Source: a virus. From it: a stretch of DNA of 64,000 nucleotides. Under the pieces are notes generated by a model, which was given only the letters and a program-made list of their open reading frames with translations, was not told the origin of the DNA and ran no database searches. Shown piece after piece: positions 10,230 to 19,934 of this stretch (positions within the stretch are counted from its first letter, which is position 1; each line of letters opens with the position of its first letter). The position numbers and the translations under genes were made by a program. Where the stretch lies: IMG/VR virus record IMGVR_UViG_3300010373_000001, positions 51,611 to 115,610 of that record, one strand, 5' to 3'.

Positions 10230-10699
10230 CAGCTTGAAGTCCAAGTGATCAGGCCAGATCCACTGATAGTAAGAGTGAATGTGGCAGCGGTTGTTGCCTG
10301 TGTTCCGCCGAAATCCCAGTAGCACATCAGAAGCCTGGTTGTGTCGTTGGTGTCAACAGCAGCGTCATAGAAGAATGCGTACTTGTCTGAGAAGGTTGCG
10401 GAAGTCCATGAAGGATTAGCACAGGTAAGAGTGTTAACCAGACCAGACTGAGAGAAGCTTACTGAGGTTAGTGTCTGGCGGGAATATCCAGCGCCAGCCT
10501 CTTCAGTAAGAGCGCCACCGCCACCTGAACCAGAGTTGGCAAGGAACTGGGAAACAGTTGTGTATGCCTCAGTTGCGGCAACCCAGTTAAAGGTTCCTGT
10601 TGCCAGTCCTACCTTAAGAGTGTCTACGTTGTTCAGGGAGAATGTCTTAGTTCCCATTCCCTGAGTGAAGCCGGGGAAAACGTGTGCTGTAACGGCCAT
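10229..10699 (-). CDS. Probable structural protein
   Basis: 156 aa; DTLKVGL, GAGYSRQTL, LMCYWDFG motifs; RBS AAGGA. Confidence 0.6.
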   Translation of the reverse strand: MAVTAHVFPGFTQGMGTKTFSLNNVDTLKVGLATGTFNWVAATEAYTTVSQFLANSGSGGGGALTEEAGAGYSRQTLTSVSFSQSGLVNTLTCANPSWTSATFSDKYAFFYDAAVDTNDTTRLLMCYWDFGGTQATTAATFTLTISGSGLITWTSS

Positions 10700-10709
10700 A
10701 ATATGTCCT

Positions 10710-11552
10710 TTAGAAAATAACTAGTGTTCCGACTGATATGACCGGAACCTGAGATGATGTAATAACTCTGACCCAGATCTGGTAAGCACCAACGGCCAGA
10801 ACTAGCCCGCCATTTGCGGGGCCAACAAGAATCTGGGCAACGTATGGAGGATTATCTGAAGCCCACGCACCATTATGCCAGTCTCCTGATTGTGGCTCAG
10901 CACCGCTTGGGATGAAAGCAAACTGCACAGGGAAATCTGTAGGATTGATTCCCAGGCTGCCGATCATTGCGGTAATGTCAGATGACACAAACTCAGTGGA
11001 AACCGCAGCGATTCTCAGCACGTCATCCTGTTCCATGTTATTGATAGAGCCGGGAATAATCAGGGATTCCAGATGCACTGGAACCGAGGAAGCTTTGGGA
11101 ACCGTGATATCGTACTCAAGCCCATCGAGAAAATGTTCTTTAACGTGGTAGGTAAATGAGGTTGGCGTGGTACTGGCGTTATCTGTTGCTAGTAATGCTA
11201 CAAATAGCTTACCGTAATACAGATGAATTTTCCCGTTGCCAAATTCATTCAGTCCCACGGGGCTAAGATTCTGCCCGGCGAATCTCTGAGGGAATGTAGC
11301 TGTGGTTGTCCCGTCCGTTACCGTGATAGATGAACTGGGAAAGAAGGTAAAGAATCCTGATAGCGGATTCCCATCGAAATCAAACCTGTTAGTGAAGACC
11401 TGAACGTAAGTAAGACCAGTAGGAAACCCTGGCTCAGAGAACGGATTAGGCGGTGTTAAATTGTAAGACTGGTTTTGAGCAGTCCATGCAGGAGTCCACC
11501 AGGCATCAATAAGAGGCTGGCCCTGATAGTCAATTCCTGTCTGAGCGGTCAT
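10710..11552 (-). CDS. Probable structural protein
   Basis: 280 aa, two beta-rich domains, directly after the terminase gene. Confidence 0.5.
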   Translation of the reverse strand: MTAQTGIDYQGQPLIDAWWTPAWTAQNQSYNLTPPNPFSEPGFPTGLTYVQVFTNRFDFDGNPLSGFFTFFPSSSITVTDGTTTATFPQRFAGQNLSPVGLNEFGNGKIHLYYGKLFVALLATDNASTTPTSFTYHVKEHFLDGLEYDITVPKASSVPVHLESLIIPGSINNMEQDDVLRIAAVSTEFVSSDITAMIGSLGINPTDFPVQFAFIPSGAEPQSGDWHNGAWASDNPPYVAQILVGPANGGLVLAVGAYQIWVRVITSSQVPVISVGTLVIF

Positions 11553-11593
11553 TACTCACCGTAATTTCATTAATTGCTGACAGACCCATTTTA

Positions 11594-13153
11594 TCATCTG
11601 CGCCTTCTCTGATAGAGGATGTTCTGGTATACTTCCGCTTCCTCTGCTTCCTCGTAATCCATCTTGGTAAGAATGCAGGCCATTGACAATGAATCCGGGT
11701 AGTCATCGTGTGCGTTAGCAGCTTTAGGAGCCTTGGCTATAAAGTACGGACCCTTGTACTCTGATTCAAGATCTTCCATTTCCTGATAGAATCTCTGGAA
11801 CTTACGAAGTCTCTTAACTTTAGAACCTGCTGGCCAGGAAATCTGCTTGCGGTCCATCAGGTTTCTTAGGTGAGCCCATCTTACTGTCTGCTCTGACTGC
11901 GCTGAGCCAAGCTCAACAAATTCTATATGCGGATTAAGAACCTGAAGCCTCTGGCAGACTGTATCTCCCAGGCCGCCGATATCTATACCGACTTTCCATA
12001 CACGGTAGTTAGCCAGGAACTCAGTGATCCTGAAGTACTGCTCTTCCCAGTCCATACCTTCAAGGTCAAGCCAATTCAGTACGCGGTGATGATATAGCCC
12101 GAAAGGATCAGGATTATCCCAGTCAACAAAGACAACAGTAACAATTGTACGATCCTGTTTTCTTGCACAGTCGATACCGACGACAACTGGGGTTTTGTGA
12201 TAGGCGTGTACCACTGACTGCATCGAAATGTCCCCAAGTTCATCCAGCTTCTCGCTGGTGGTGAACATACCCTTGTCGAGAATCCACATAACCCTGTAGG
12301 AAAGCTTGAACTCGTCCGAATCTTCTCCAAGCCTGTCACGCTCTTTAGTTGCCCTCTTAAGATAATCAGGGTTATACTTGCCGACTGTTTTCCAGTCTAC
12401 TTCGTAATGATTCTGGGTGGATCTTCTGCCCGCAACAGAATATCTTTTATTGCTTTTAATTGTCTCGTAAAAGACACCCTTATGCATGGCAGGAGTGCCT
12501 GTGAAAATCATAGTGGAGTTAACAGCAGTACCCATAGGAGATACTGACTTGTTAATTACTACCTCGTCTGCTCCCTGGCATTCGTCAACCAGAATGATGT
12601 GGTAGGTACGTCCTTCAATGGTTGCCCTAGGGTGACAGGTAGTCTTACGTACCAGTGAGCCGCATTTCCCTAGCGCGATCATTCTTCCCCGGCCTGTGAT
12701 GAAATCATCTATCTCAGGGTCGGACAGAACCAGGGAAGCTGTGTGTGATGTAAGCCTGTCAACAATTCTGCCGAACAGGTTATCAGCCTGTTCGTCTACC
12801 GGAGCGAATGCTCCAACCCATACACCCTCTTTATATTTGTTAAGAGTTTCCGGATAAATCTTTGCCAGTCTTGGCAGCATGATCATGCATGTGGCTATAA
12901 CATTAGCCACGGCCTCCGTCTTACCTGACTGACGTGAGAACAGGGCAGTGATAGTTGCCCCGTCGTTTGTTATAAGCGACTCAAAAATTCTTCTGGCAAA
13001 TGGAATCTGATACGGCCTCAGAGGGTGCCCTGACAGGTCGTCACAAATGACCATCAGTTTATCAATAAGCTCGTCTACGAACTTCTGGCTGCTCTCGTCA
13101 AGTTCGTAGTCAATCTGTGCCGCGTCTACGTAATCTTCCTGCATTTGCTCCAT
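11594..13153 (-). CDS. terL: Terminase large subunit
   Basis: Q-motif LRPYQ, Walker A SRQSGKT, Walker B ILVDE, motif III TGTP, nuclease GIDCA...DRT and HDDYPDS. Confidence 0.93.
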   Translation of the reverse strand: MEQMQEDYVDAAQIDYELDESSQKFVDELIDKLMVICDDLSGHPLRPYQIPFARRIFESLITNDGATITALFSRQSGKTEAVANVIATCMIMLPRLAKIYPETLNKYKEGVWVGAFAPVDEQADNLFGRIVDRLTSHTASLVLSDPEIDDFITGRGRMIALGKCGSLVRKTTCHPRATIEGRTYHIILVDECQGADEVVINKSVSPMGTAVNSTMIFTGTPAMHKGVFYETIKSNKRYSVAGRRSTQNHYEVDWKTVGKYNPDYLKRATKERDRLGEDSDEFKLSYRVMWILDKGMFTTSEKLDELGDISMQSVVHAYHKTPVVVGIDCARKQDRTIVTVVFVDWDNPDPFGLYHHRVLNWLDLEGMDWEEQYFRITEFLANYRVWKVGIDIGGLGDTVCQRLQVLNPHIEFVELGSAQSEQTVRWAHLRNLMDRKQISWPAGSKVKRLRKFQRFYQEMEDLESEYKGPYFIAKAPKAANAHDDYPDSLSMACILTKMDYEEAEEAEVYQNILYQRRRR

Positions 13154-13232
13154 AAAAAATACCCCTATCGGTGCTACACGATTAAGTGTTCACCAATAAG
13201 GGTATCATTCTTTAAGCTATTTTATTGTGTCC

Positions 13233-13415
13233 TCAAGGGATAAGGAATGATAGTGTCATCGCTGTCAGACCGCCACCTAGAAGCCACGGCAGGTCACCGC
13301 TGATAATTGTTGCTTCTTTTAGGGTGAGCAGCAAGAACAAAAATGCTGCGACGATCATGAGTGCTCTTGAAAACCATGGGGACGATACATGTACGGTTCT
13401 TGAAGGTGCTGTCAT
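13233..13415 (-). CDS. Small two-TM membrane protein
   Basis: Two hydrophobic segments in 60 aa. Confidence 0.5.
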   Translation of the reverse strand: MTAPSRTVHVSSPWFSRALMIVAAFLFLLLTLKEATIISGDLPWLLGGGLTAMTLSFLIP

Positions 13416-13606
13416 TTATGACTCCACTTCTTTGCGTTCTTAGCGAACTGTGCTCTCTTCTTCTGAACAGTAGAGGCTTTAGGATCGGCCAGTACTGCTG
13501 AAGCTTCAGCTTGTACAGATTTCCCGGCCTTCTTTGCTGTCGCTGTGAACTTGCCCCTGTTCTTGGGCTTGATACGAATTGTCTTTTTCTTGGTCGCTGT
13601 TGCCAT
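13412..13606 (-). CDS. Small basic protein with IKPKNRGKFT...KRAQFAKNAKKW motif
   Basis: 64 aa Lys-rich; coupled to the next ORF. Confidence 0.6.
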   Translation of the reverse strand: MATATKKKTIRIKPKNRGKFTATAKKAGKSVQAEASAVLADPKASTVQKKRAQFAKNAKKWSHK

Positions 13607-13976
13607 CTTGACCTCTTACTGATGACTGGACGTAATCTCTTTCATTCTTCCATACAACTATACCCCATATTATGATCCCGGCGACGACACCCAGCATCGA
13701 ACAGTCATACCAGGCAACAACTTCGCTGGTCAATCTGTTCAGATGAAAGAACAAAGATAGGGCAGATGGAATCAGCAGAAGAACGATCCCGATAGTTTCG
13801 TAGACTATACGCTGACCAATGTGGTCCCTCCACCACGGCGCGTAGTATGTGTACTGAGCTACGAATGTGATGGCAGAAACCAGGCTCAGTATGATTACGG
13901 CCTTGAAAGTAAATACAAGATACTGAGCCTGTGTGTGGTGAAACAATGAAGCTATGAATGAAGCAATGAAGTGCAT
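13506..13976 (-). CDS. Three-TM membrane protein, holin candidate
   Basis: Three hydrophobic helices and a charged tail. Confidence 0.5.
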   Translation of the reverse strand: MHFIASFIASLFHHTQAQYLVFTFKAVIILSLVSAITFVAQYTYYAPWWRDHIGQRIVYETIGIVLLLIPSALSLFFHLNRLTSEVVAWYDCSMLGVVAGIIIWGIVVWKNERDYVQSSVRGQDGNSDQEKDNSYQAQEQGQVHSDSKEGREICTS

Positions 13977-14197
13977 TAGTTATCCGTGTGACCTATCTTC
14001 AGGGACTCCCTGACTATGCTGGCAAAGTTATTGTCATCCCGTAGAGATCTGCCTGGTTGCACAATAGTTCTGTGCCTGGCGTGGGCCACGGCCTTTGCTG
14101 TATTTAGTCCATGTTCTGCGTCACGGACTTTCTGTTCTGCATCTTTATGTGTCATAAACCCGAAAATCCTGATAAAGTGTTGTCTCAGGCAATTCAT
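13976..14197 (-). CDS. Hypothetical protein
   Basis: 73 aa, translationally coupled on both sides. Confidence 0.5.
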   Translation of the reverse strand: MNCLRQHFIRIFGFMTHKDAEQKVRDAEHGLNTAKAVAHARHRTIVQPGRSLRDDNNFASIVRESLKIGHTDN

Positions 14198-14478
14198 GCA
14201 TCTTCTCCCCGAGAAGAGGAAGTTTTAGGCTCTTCCCTATCCTGCCGCTCCATAGCGATGCTCTTTAGTGCTCCGATTAGCTGATTAGAGTTGGCTGCTG
14301 TGTCTGCCAGATCTTTGTTAGACTGCCTGAGCACCTTGTTCTCCTCTTCACGAAGATCAAGTGCCTTCTCCAGTTTTTTCGCATACCAGCCCGGTACAAA
14401 GATCTTAAAACAGATAAGTGCCAGGAACACTCCTGCCGCACCAAAGTTTATAAGCCAGTGGGCTGCTTCGGCGTCCAT
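14194..14478 (-). CDS. Single-TM coiled-coil membrane protein (lysis-cassette-like)
   Basis: N-terminal TM helix ending FVPGW, then a coiled coil. Confidence 0.5.
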   Translation of the reverse strand: MDAEAAHWLINFGAAGVFLALICFKIFVPGWYAKKLEKALDLREEENKVLRQSNKDLADTAANSNQLIGALKSIAMERQDREEPKTSSSRGEDA

Positions 14479-14542
14479 CTATCACTTTTCCTCTAGGTAC
14501 AGGGTTTTTCAGGGTTTATCTATATTATTCTACCCGAAACGA

Positions 14543-14827
14543 TTACCTTATACCGTCACGAAAAAGTAGCTCTTCTGTGACTGCCTGCATCTGTGAAATA
14601 GCGCTCTTTAACTCCTCTAGTATAGCGCCTCTTGTGTCCGGGTCTTTCTCTTTTCTGTAGTCTGAGAACGCCTTAGCCATAGCAGATCCAGCTACATCCG
14701 TCCATTCGAGTATGTCATGAGTACTCATAGTAGCAGCCCTTTTACCGGCTGTCCTGTATGCAGGGGTGTACCATGTTTCCTCAATCAGTTTCAGGTCGTT
14801 TAATTTCCTCTGCTTGCTTAGTCTCAA
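14543..14827 (-). CDS. Hypothetical helical protein
   Basis: 94 aa ORF in a packed run of minus-strand genes. Confidence 0.5.
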   Translation of the reverse strand: MRLSKQRKLNDLKLIEETWYTPAYRTAGKRAATMSTHDILEWTDVAGSAMAKAFSDYRKEKDPDTRGAILEELKSAISQMQAVTEELLFRDGIR

Positions 14828-15068
14828 CTTCTGTTATCTCTCTTCCCTCAATAGCTTCCATCAGCTTGTATACTTCATGGTCTTCCGGTGCTTCTGGCCC
14901 CCACTTACCGACCACTATAGCCTTGCCCGGCCAGCAGTGAATAATCAGGGAGCGTTTGCAGTCACGGAAAGGCTCTTCTATTTCCCTCGTAGGGGCTATG
15001 TCAAATACAAAAAATCCCCTCACCGATATTATTCCGATGAAGAGATCCTTGCCGTGCATTTTTGCCAT
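14781..15068 (-). CDS. Hypothetical protein
   Basis: 95 aa, abuts the KTSC gene. Confidence 0.45.
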   Translation of the reverse strand: MAKMHGKDLFIGIISVRGFFVFDIAPTREIEEPFRDCKRSLIIHCWPGKAIVVGKWGPEAPEDHEVYKLMEAIEGREITEVETKQAEEIKRPETD

Positions 15069-15422
15069 TCAGTTTATTCTTTCGTATGGTAGTGCGTTCA
15101 GCCTTGCGTTAATAAATCTGCCGGGCGATGCTGCCCTGCGGAATGCTCTGGCTGTTGCTTCGTCTACATTGTAGTAATCGTACACCGAACCATCAGTAAA
15201 GAACTTGATTCTCAATGTCTGAGTAGTCCTGTTGTATCCGGCCATAGTTGTTCTACGGTGATCCCAGCCATTTTGAGGCCAGGTAGTTTTAGTTGGATCG
15301 TAGGTCCAGGGAATGAAGTCGCCTTCTCCTTCTTCCTTAGCAAATTCTCTTGCCTTGGCTGCTTCCCTGTCCCTACGAAGAATTGATCCAACGTCTATCT
15401 TAACGCGGGGTCGTCTTGCCAT
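15069..15422 (-). CDS. KTSC-domain protein
   Basis: GYN...TLRIKF...GSVYDYYNV...F..AASPGRFIN KTSC pattern. Confidence 0.8.
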   Translation of the reverse strand: MARRPRVKIDVGSILRRDREAAKAREFAKEEGEGDFIPWTYDPTKTTWPQNGWDHRRTTMAGYNRTTQTLRIKFFTDGSVYDYYNVDEATARAFRRAASPGRFINARLNALPYERIN

Positions 15423-16045
15423 GTTAACCTACATTACTGCTGTCAGTGGTTGTCCAGGTCACCTTTACTGCCTCACAAGTGCAACTAATGATTGCGGGTG
15501 CGTAGTATGTCTTGCATCCTGGGCACTGCCATCCTACCTGTACCGGATTTGGCGCAGTCCCAATCGTCCAGTTCTGATGACTCCAGTGATAACAAGGATA
15601 GCCATGACAGTAATGAAATTCTCCTGACGGAGCTATTGTGTTAGCTACCACTTTGAACAGTCCATCCTGTTACTATATTCCTGCCCATTTCATCTGAAGG
15701 CTCGAAGTGCGGGCAATTATCTGCCATCTGAGTATGCTCACCGCGTTCGTCAAACTTGCAGACTTCATGGTACGCATTGATCGGCATCTGATAAGGCAGC
15801 GGCCTGGCACCAAGAGTTGTGTCATCCCAGAAGAAATCTTCAGCGGGTCTTGGTTCTTCATCTTCAACAGGAGAAGTTTTTACCGGAAGCTGGGCCTTCT
15901 CAGATGGATCGTTAACGTACATATCAGTCCTGTATTGCGCAAAGTATGTGGCAGCCGTTTTCGTGAATATAGCAATGACTGTCGTCTATGCAAGCACACC
16001 ACTTTGACTCACATCGGCAGTAATCTTTCTTACAGCCCAATCTTA

Positions 16046-16939
16046 TCACAATGGTTCTTCCCTCACTTCTGATCCGCCCTTTTTCTTGCTGCCCTTGCAC
16101 CAGCGTCCGCAAGACTGGCATTGATAACGTCTGTAGCTAGCCGCGTTAGTTCTTGCGTAGCCTCGCTTCTGAAGTTTGGGACTTCCGCACGAAGGGCACG
16201 TCTTATTCTCAGCAAAGACCGAAAGGTTCGGATGACCAGGAATCCACGGTAGCACTTTGATGTAAAGCGCTTCCAGAATCTTCGTATCATTCTCATTGTA
16301 TAGCCTCATCTGCTCCCACGCGTCAGGATCGTTATTAAGACAGGCGATCCATCCCTCGTATCCTATGCTCTTCTTCTTGCCAGGAATCCCGAGTGCTTTG
16401 GTAACGTAATCCAGCTTGTTAGACGGGAACTTAAACTGCCTCCTGATAGCCAGGCACAAGTCTACCTGCTTATATGGTGAAGGTGGCGTAAGTCCTGCCA
16501 GAAGAATCTCTTTATTAAGATGCGGGATATCGTGAGCCTTACCGTAGTAGTGAACAACGATATCTGCTTCGTCCAGTAGTTCATGGGCCTTACGGACCAT
16601 CTCTTCCTTGCCGTCATGGAAAGAAGAGAAGAACATAATTTCATCCTGGCCAAACCATTTGGCCGAGAAGCACATTAGTTCCTGAGGTACTACCACGCCC
16701 TGATGGCTTACGTAATTGTCTTTCAGACTCCATACGTAGGCGAGGTTAGGCGAGGTTTCGATATCCAGAAACAGGATCTTAGCTGAGGTGCCCTCAGGCG
16801 GCGCCGTACTGGCCTCTGAGACGTTTTCGGCCCTCTCCCTACCTGATACCCTAGGGAAGTAAGAAGTCACCTTAGAACCGCTTACATCGAGCCCTGGCAT
16901 GTACGGTAAGGCTTGGAACTCTAATTTGTATTCCTGCAT
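16046..16939 (-). CDS. RNase H-like/DEDD exonuclease with C-terminal Zn ribbon
   Basis: LFLDIETSP, YYGKAHDIP and YNENDT motifs; CPSC...CQSC. Confidence 0.8.
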   Translation of the reverse strand: MQEYKLEFQALPYMPGLDVSGSKVTSYFPRVSGRERAENVSEASTAPPEGTSAKILFLDIETSPNLAYVWSLKDNYVSHQGVVVPQELMCFSAKWFGQDEIMFFSSFHDGKEEMVRKAHELLDEADIVVHYYGKAHDIPHLNKEILLAGLTPPSPYKQVDLCLAIRRQFKFPSNKLDYVTKALGIPGKKKSIGYEGWIACLNNDPDAWEQMRLYNENDTKILEALYIKVLPWIPGHPNLSVFAENKTCPSCGSPKLQKRGYARTNAASYRRYQCQSCGRWCKGSKKKGGSEVREEPL

Positions 16940-16955
16940 TGTACTCCATATAATA

Positions 16956-16992
16956 GAAGCCCGTCAAGAATCTCCTGACGGGCTTTCTTTTT
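16956..16992. terminator. Hairpin terminator
   Basis: aagcccgtca-agaatctcc-tgacgggctt followed by a T-run. Confidence 0.55.
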
Positions 16993-17005
16993 CTCCTGTA
17001 TTCGG

Positions 17006-17077
17006 TAGGCAGTGAGGGATCTGAACCCCCGACCCTTTCGGTGTAAACGAAGCGCTCTCCCGCTGAGCTAACCGCCC
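17006..17077 (-). tRNA. tRNA-Val(TAC)
   Basis: Cloverleaf read by hand; loop TT-TAC-AC. Confidence 0.9.
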
Positions 17078-17162
17078 TTATGTAAGTTTTTTGCTAGATA
17101 CTTCTACGCCCAGCACATATCCTAAGATAACCGCCCTAGAGGAAAAACTTACAAACCTTGAG

Positions 17163-17235
17163 TACCCCCACTAGGATTCGAACCTAGGACTAACTGGTTA
17201 AGAGCCAGCTACTCTATCCGCTGAGTTACAGGGGC
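17163..17235 (-). tRNA. tRNA-Lys(CTT)
   Basis: Cloverleaf; loop CT-CTT-AA; TTCGAAT T-loop. Confidence 0.92.
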
Positions 17236-17240
17236 TTAGT

Positions 17241-17339
17241 TTAACAAGAACAATCTTTGTCAGGACAATGATCTTCTGGTGAATGAGGGTGAAACCCTGT
17301 TGAACAGGGAACGCACAAATGGTATTCTCTATCTTTCAT
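17241..17339 (-). CDS. Cys/His-rich microprotein (32 aa)
   Basis: MKDREYHLCVPCSTGFHPHSPEDHCPDKDCSC fills the gap between two tRNAs. Confidence 0.45.
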   Translation of the reverse strand: MKDREYHLCVPCSTGFHPHSPEDHCPDKDCSC

Positions 17340-17340
17340 G

Positions 17341-17413
17341 TACTCCCGACCGGGTTCGAACCGGCAGTCTCTACCTTGAGAGGGTAGCGAGATAGCCCTT
17401 ACTCTACAGGAGC
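17341..17413 (-). tRNA. tRNA-Glu(CTC)
   Basis: Cloverleaf; loop CT-CTC-AA. Confidence 0.9.
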
Positions 17414-17463
17414 GTGTGAGGCTAATATTTACTGACGAGTTAGCCTCAATCGTCGGGTCTATT

Positions 17464-18693
17464 TTAGCAGGTCTTGCTGCTTCTGATATTTCCGGCTGTA
17501 GCAGACTGACCCTTACTATTGCTAGTTGAGTTAGTCCACGTCTGACCGCATCCTGCATAACTAAACGTCCAGGTAGCGGGCTTTAGTCCAGCAGTACCGA
17601 ATCTTGTACCGGCACCAAAGAAACTCTTGTACCACGTAACAGCATCGAATCCACCTGACTTACCACCAGGCACGATTTCCTCATGCGGAACACCACTGCT
17701 GTAGAACTGAACAGTCAGAACTCCGGTTACCTTCCCAGCTACCACACCGGCAATTCTCTTACCGGCAGCTAGGAACTGGTTAGGACGGAAAGCGCTCAGG
17801 ATAGACTTGAAGGTTCCTGTGTCCTTGATATCCATCTGATAGATGTAGCAATCCACTGCCTGCGGAGCACAATCAGCTACCGGAACATCAGCACCACCAG
17901 TAATCGTAGCGGTCTGCTTGAATCCAGAGCTAGCCCACACACCATTTCCGCCGCCGACATTGAACTTAGTAACGTTAGTCACTGCGGTTGACGGAGTGAA
18001 TCCGCCTACGTTCTTAAGGTTAGGAGTAACCTTAGCTGCCAGCGTAGCAGGAACCGGGAGACAAGCAGGCCCACCGTTAATGTTACCGGCGAAATAAGCC
18101 TGACCATCATCAGTGTTCCATGCGTCTGTCCAGATCTGATGACAGTTCACGTCGCGGTAAACGAATGACCACGAGTTGCCGAAAGCAACTCCATTGTCAG
18201 TGAACGTTGTACCGACCGGGAAAAGATGCTGATAGAAGTTCGGAGTTCCTACACCACCACTTCCATGCAGATTCAGAACAGCAGGAGCAAGACTGGCGTT
18301 CGCCAGATGATTTGCAGTGAAGTCATAATCAGCAGTTCCGGTCATAGCAACCTTGAACGGAGCGCCAATGATATGCAGACCAGACTGCGGGTTACCCTGA
18401 TTCGGCCTGAAAGCATTCTTAATCGTAGTTGATGTTCCCTGAGTAGAAAGCTTCCCGGTGTAGTGATAACAGCTAGGACCACACGAAGTTGGTGGGCGAA
18501 GGAAAACCTGTAGCTTGAAGTTATCGATAGCCCAGTTTCCATTGCCACCGCTATCAGGATCGTTCAGAACATATGTAGTTGATTCAGTTCCCAGAGGGAG
18601 GACAGATGCATTAGCGACTGCCTGACCCCCAGATAGAAGTGCAATTGCAGCAGTCGCCAAACCTGCCACCAGAGAACTCTTGCGAAGTCGCAT
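17464..18693 (-). CDS. Secreted protein with internal two-domain duplication
   Basis: Signal peptide; repeated GGNGxWA, AFRPNQ and W[ST]F.Y...CxQxWT...AGNI. Confidence 0.7.
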   Translation of the reverse strand: MRLRKSSLVAGLATAAIALLSGGQAVANASVLPLGTESTTYVLNDPDSGGNGNWAIDNFKLQVFLRPPTSCGPSCYHYTGKLSTQGTSTTIKNAFRPNQGNPQSGLHIIGAPFKVAMTGTADYDFTANHLANASLAPAVLNLHGSGGVGTPNFYQHLFPVGTTFTDNGVAFGNSWSFVYRDVNCHQIWTDAWNTDDGQAYFAGNINGGPACLPVPATLAAKVTPNLKNVGGFTPSTAVTNVTKFNVGGGNGVWASSGFKQTATITGGADVPVADCAPQAVDCYIYQMDIKDTGTFKSILSAFRPNQFLAAGKRIAGVVAGKVTGVLTVQFYSSGVPHEEIVPGGKSGGFDAVTWYKSFFGAGTRFGTAGLKPATWTFSYAGCGQTWTNSTSNSKGQSATAGNIRSSKTC

Positions 18694-18726
18694 ATACCTC
18701 TCCTAATCTCTAGTCTTATACTTACG

Positions 18727-18798
18727 AGCCTGAATGGAGATTCGAACTCCACTCGATCCCTTACGAAAGGATAATTTTGCCGACTAAACTATTCAGGC
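18727..18798 (-). tRNA. tRNA-Thr(CGT)
   Basis: Cloverleaf; loop TT-CGT-AA. Confidence 0.87.
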
Positions 18799-18839
18799 GT
18801 AATGCCGAAGGACAGAGGATGCATCATATCCTTCAGCCG

Positions 18840-18913
18840 AGCCTATTTGCGGGATCGAACCGCAGACCTCCATCTTACCAAGATGGCACTCTAACCGACT
18901 GAGCTAAACAGGC
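18840..18913 (-). tRNA. tRNA-Thr(GGT)
   Basis: Cloverleaf; loop TT-GGT-AA. Confidence 0.92.
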
Positions 18914-18916
18914 GAA

Positions 18917-18936
18917 ATATATATATATATATATAT
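18917..18936. repeat. (AT)10 microsatellite
   Basis: Perfect AT run in a tRNA spacer. Confidence 0.9.
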
Positions 18937-18940
18937 TACG

Positions 18941-19024
18941 CGGAAGGTGAGAGATTCGAACTCCCAGGGCGATTAAACCCTACGGTTTTCAAGACCGCGA
19001 CACGCCACCGATGTTAGACCTTCC
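18941..19024 (-). tRNA. tRNA-Ser(TGA)
   Basis: Long variable arm, G73, loop CT-TGA-AA; atypical D-arm. Confidence 0.85.
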
Positions 19025-19037
19025 TTATCTTATTGCG

Positions 19038-19126
19038 CGGAAGTTACAGGATTCGAACCTGTGAGAGACGCAATGCTCAAGTGGATTAGCAGTCCACCGC
19101 AATAGACCGGACTATGCGAAACTTCC
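19038..19126 (-). tRNA. tRNA-Ser(GCT)
   Basis: Long variable arm, G73, loop CT-GCT-AA. Confidence 0.9.
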
Positions 19127-19243
19127 TTGGTGCGGAATTTCAAACCACCTTGAGCCCGTTTAGGTATCCGCTTGGCTCTGTTGATCAGGCTCTAATATAA
19201 TTATCATTAATTTGCGGCTTTTTCCTGGCAGCCGTTGGCCGAG

Positions 19244-19317
19244 AGACGATGACCAGATTCGAACTGGCACGATTAGGGTGGAAGCCTAAGATGCTAACCA
19301 TTAAACATCACATCGCC
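19244..19317 (-). tRNA. tRNA-Gly(TCC)
   Basis: Cloverleaf; loop CT-TCC-AC; U73. Confidence 0.88.
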
Positions 19318-19352
19318 GTAAAACTAGCCCGTGGGCCGGGCTGGTACTCACC

Positions 19353-19381
19353 ATCATACCAGCCCAGCCCCTTGATGTCAA
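19353..19381 (-). promoter_or_regulatory. SigA/HrdB-type promoter
   Basis: TTGACA-N17-TATGAT with TG extension. Confidence 0.8.
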
Positions 19382-19424
19382 CCCTTTCGGATTAAAACTT
19401 TTTACTGACTGCCCTGTTGAGTTA

Positions 19425-19901
19425 TTAGCTCTTCAGATAGCTACGGACATCCTGAGCAGCCTGCTTAAGCGCTGCCTTAGCGTCCTTCAGTTTGTTACCA
19501 GCAGCTTGCAGGCCAGCGGTGTTCTGCTTAGCCGCATCCTTTACAGCCACCTTAGCGTCACCCAGAGCGCGGGAAACATCTGTGTCAAGACCAGTAACGC
19601 ATCCTGGCGGCAGATCACTCTGCGCAGCGGTGATAGCATCCTCCACGGTCTTAGCGTTAGCCTTAACCGACTTGCTCTGATGCGACTCAATCTGACGAGC
19701 CATGGTAGCGATATCAGTACCAGCGGTATGCAGCTTCTTCAAGCCACCAGCCTTGTCCCACTTGTGATACTGAATACCACACTCAATCTTGCTAGCCACA
19801 TGAGTCGGATGCGGAAGATGCGTACTGCCGCAAGCAGCGACAATAACAGCAGCACCACCAGCAGCGATCACAGTGGAGATTCGCTTGAGAACTAGGTTCA
19901 T
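19425..19901 (-). CDS. Lipoprotein
   Basis: Signal peptide with VAAC lipobox; helical body. Confidence 0.7.
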   Translation of the reverse strand: MNLVLKRISTVIAAGGAAVIVAACGSTHLPHPTHVASKIECGIQYHKWDKAGGLKKLHTAGTDIATMARQIESHQSKSVKANAKTVEDAITAAQSDLPPGCVTGLDTDVSRALGDAKVAVKDAAKQNTAGLQAAGNKLKDAKAALKQAAQDVRSYLKS

Positions 19902-19934
19902 TTTTTCCTCCCGGATTTCTGTTTTCTACTTCGT

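Noticed and set aside
18917-18936. Phase-variation role for (AT)10
   Set aside because: It lies in a tRNA spacer, not in a CDS or promoter spacer.
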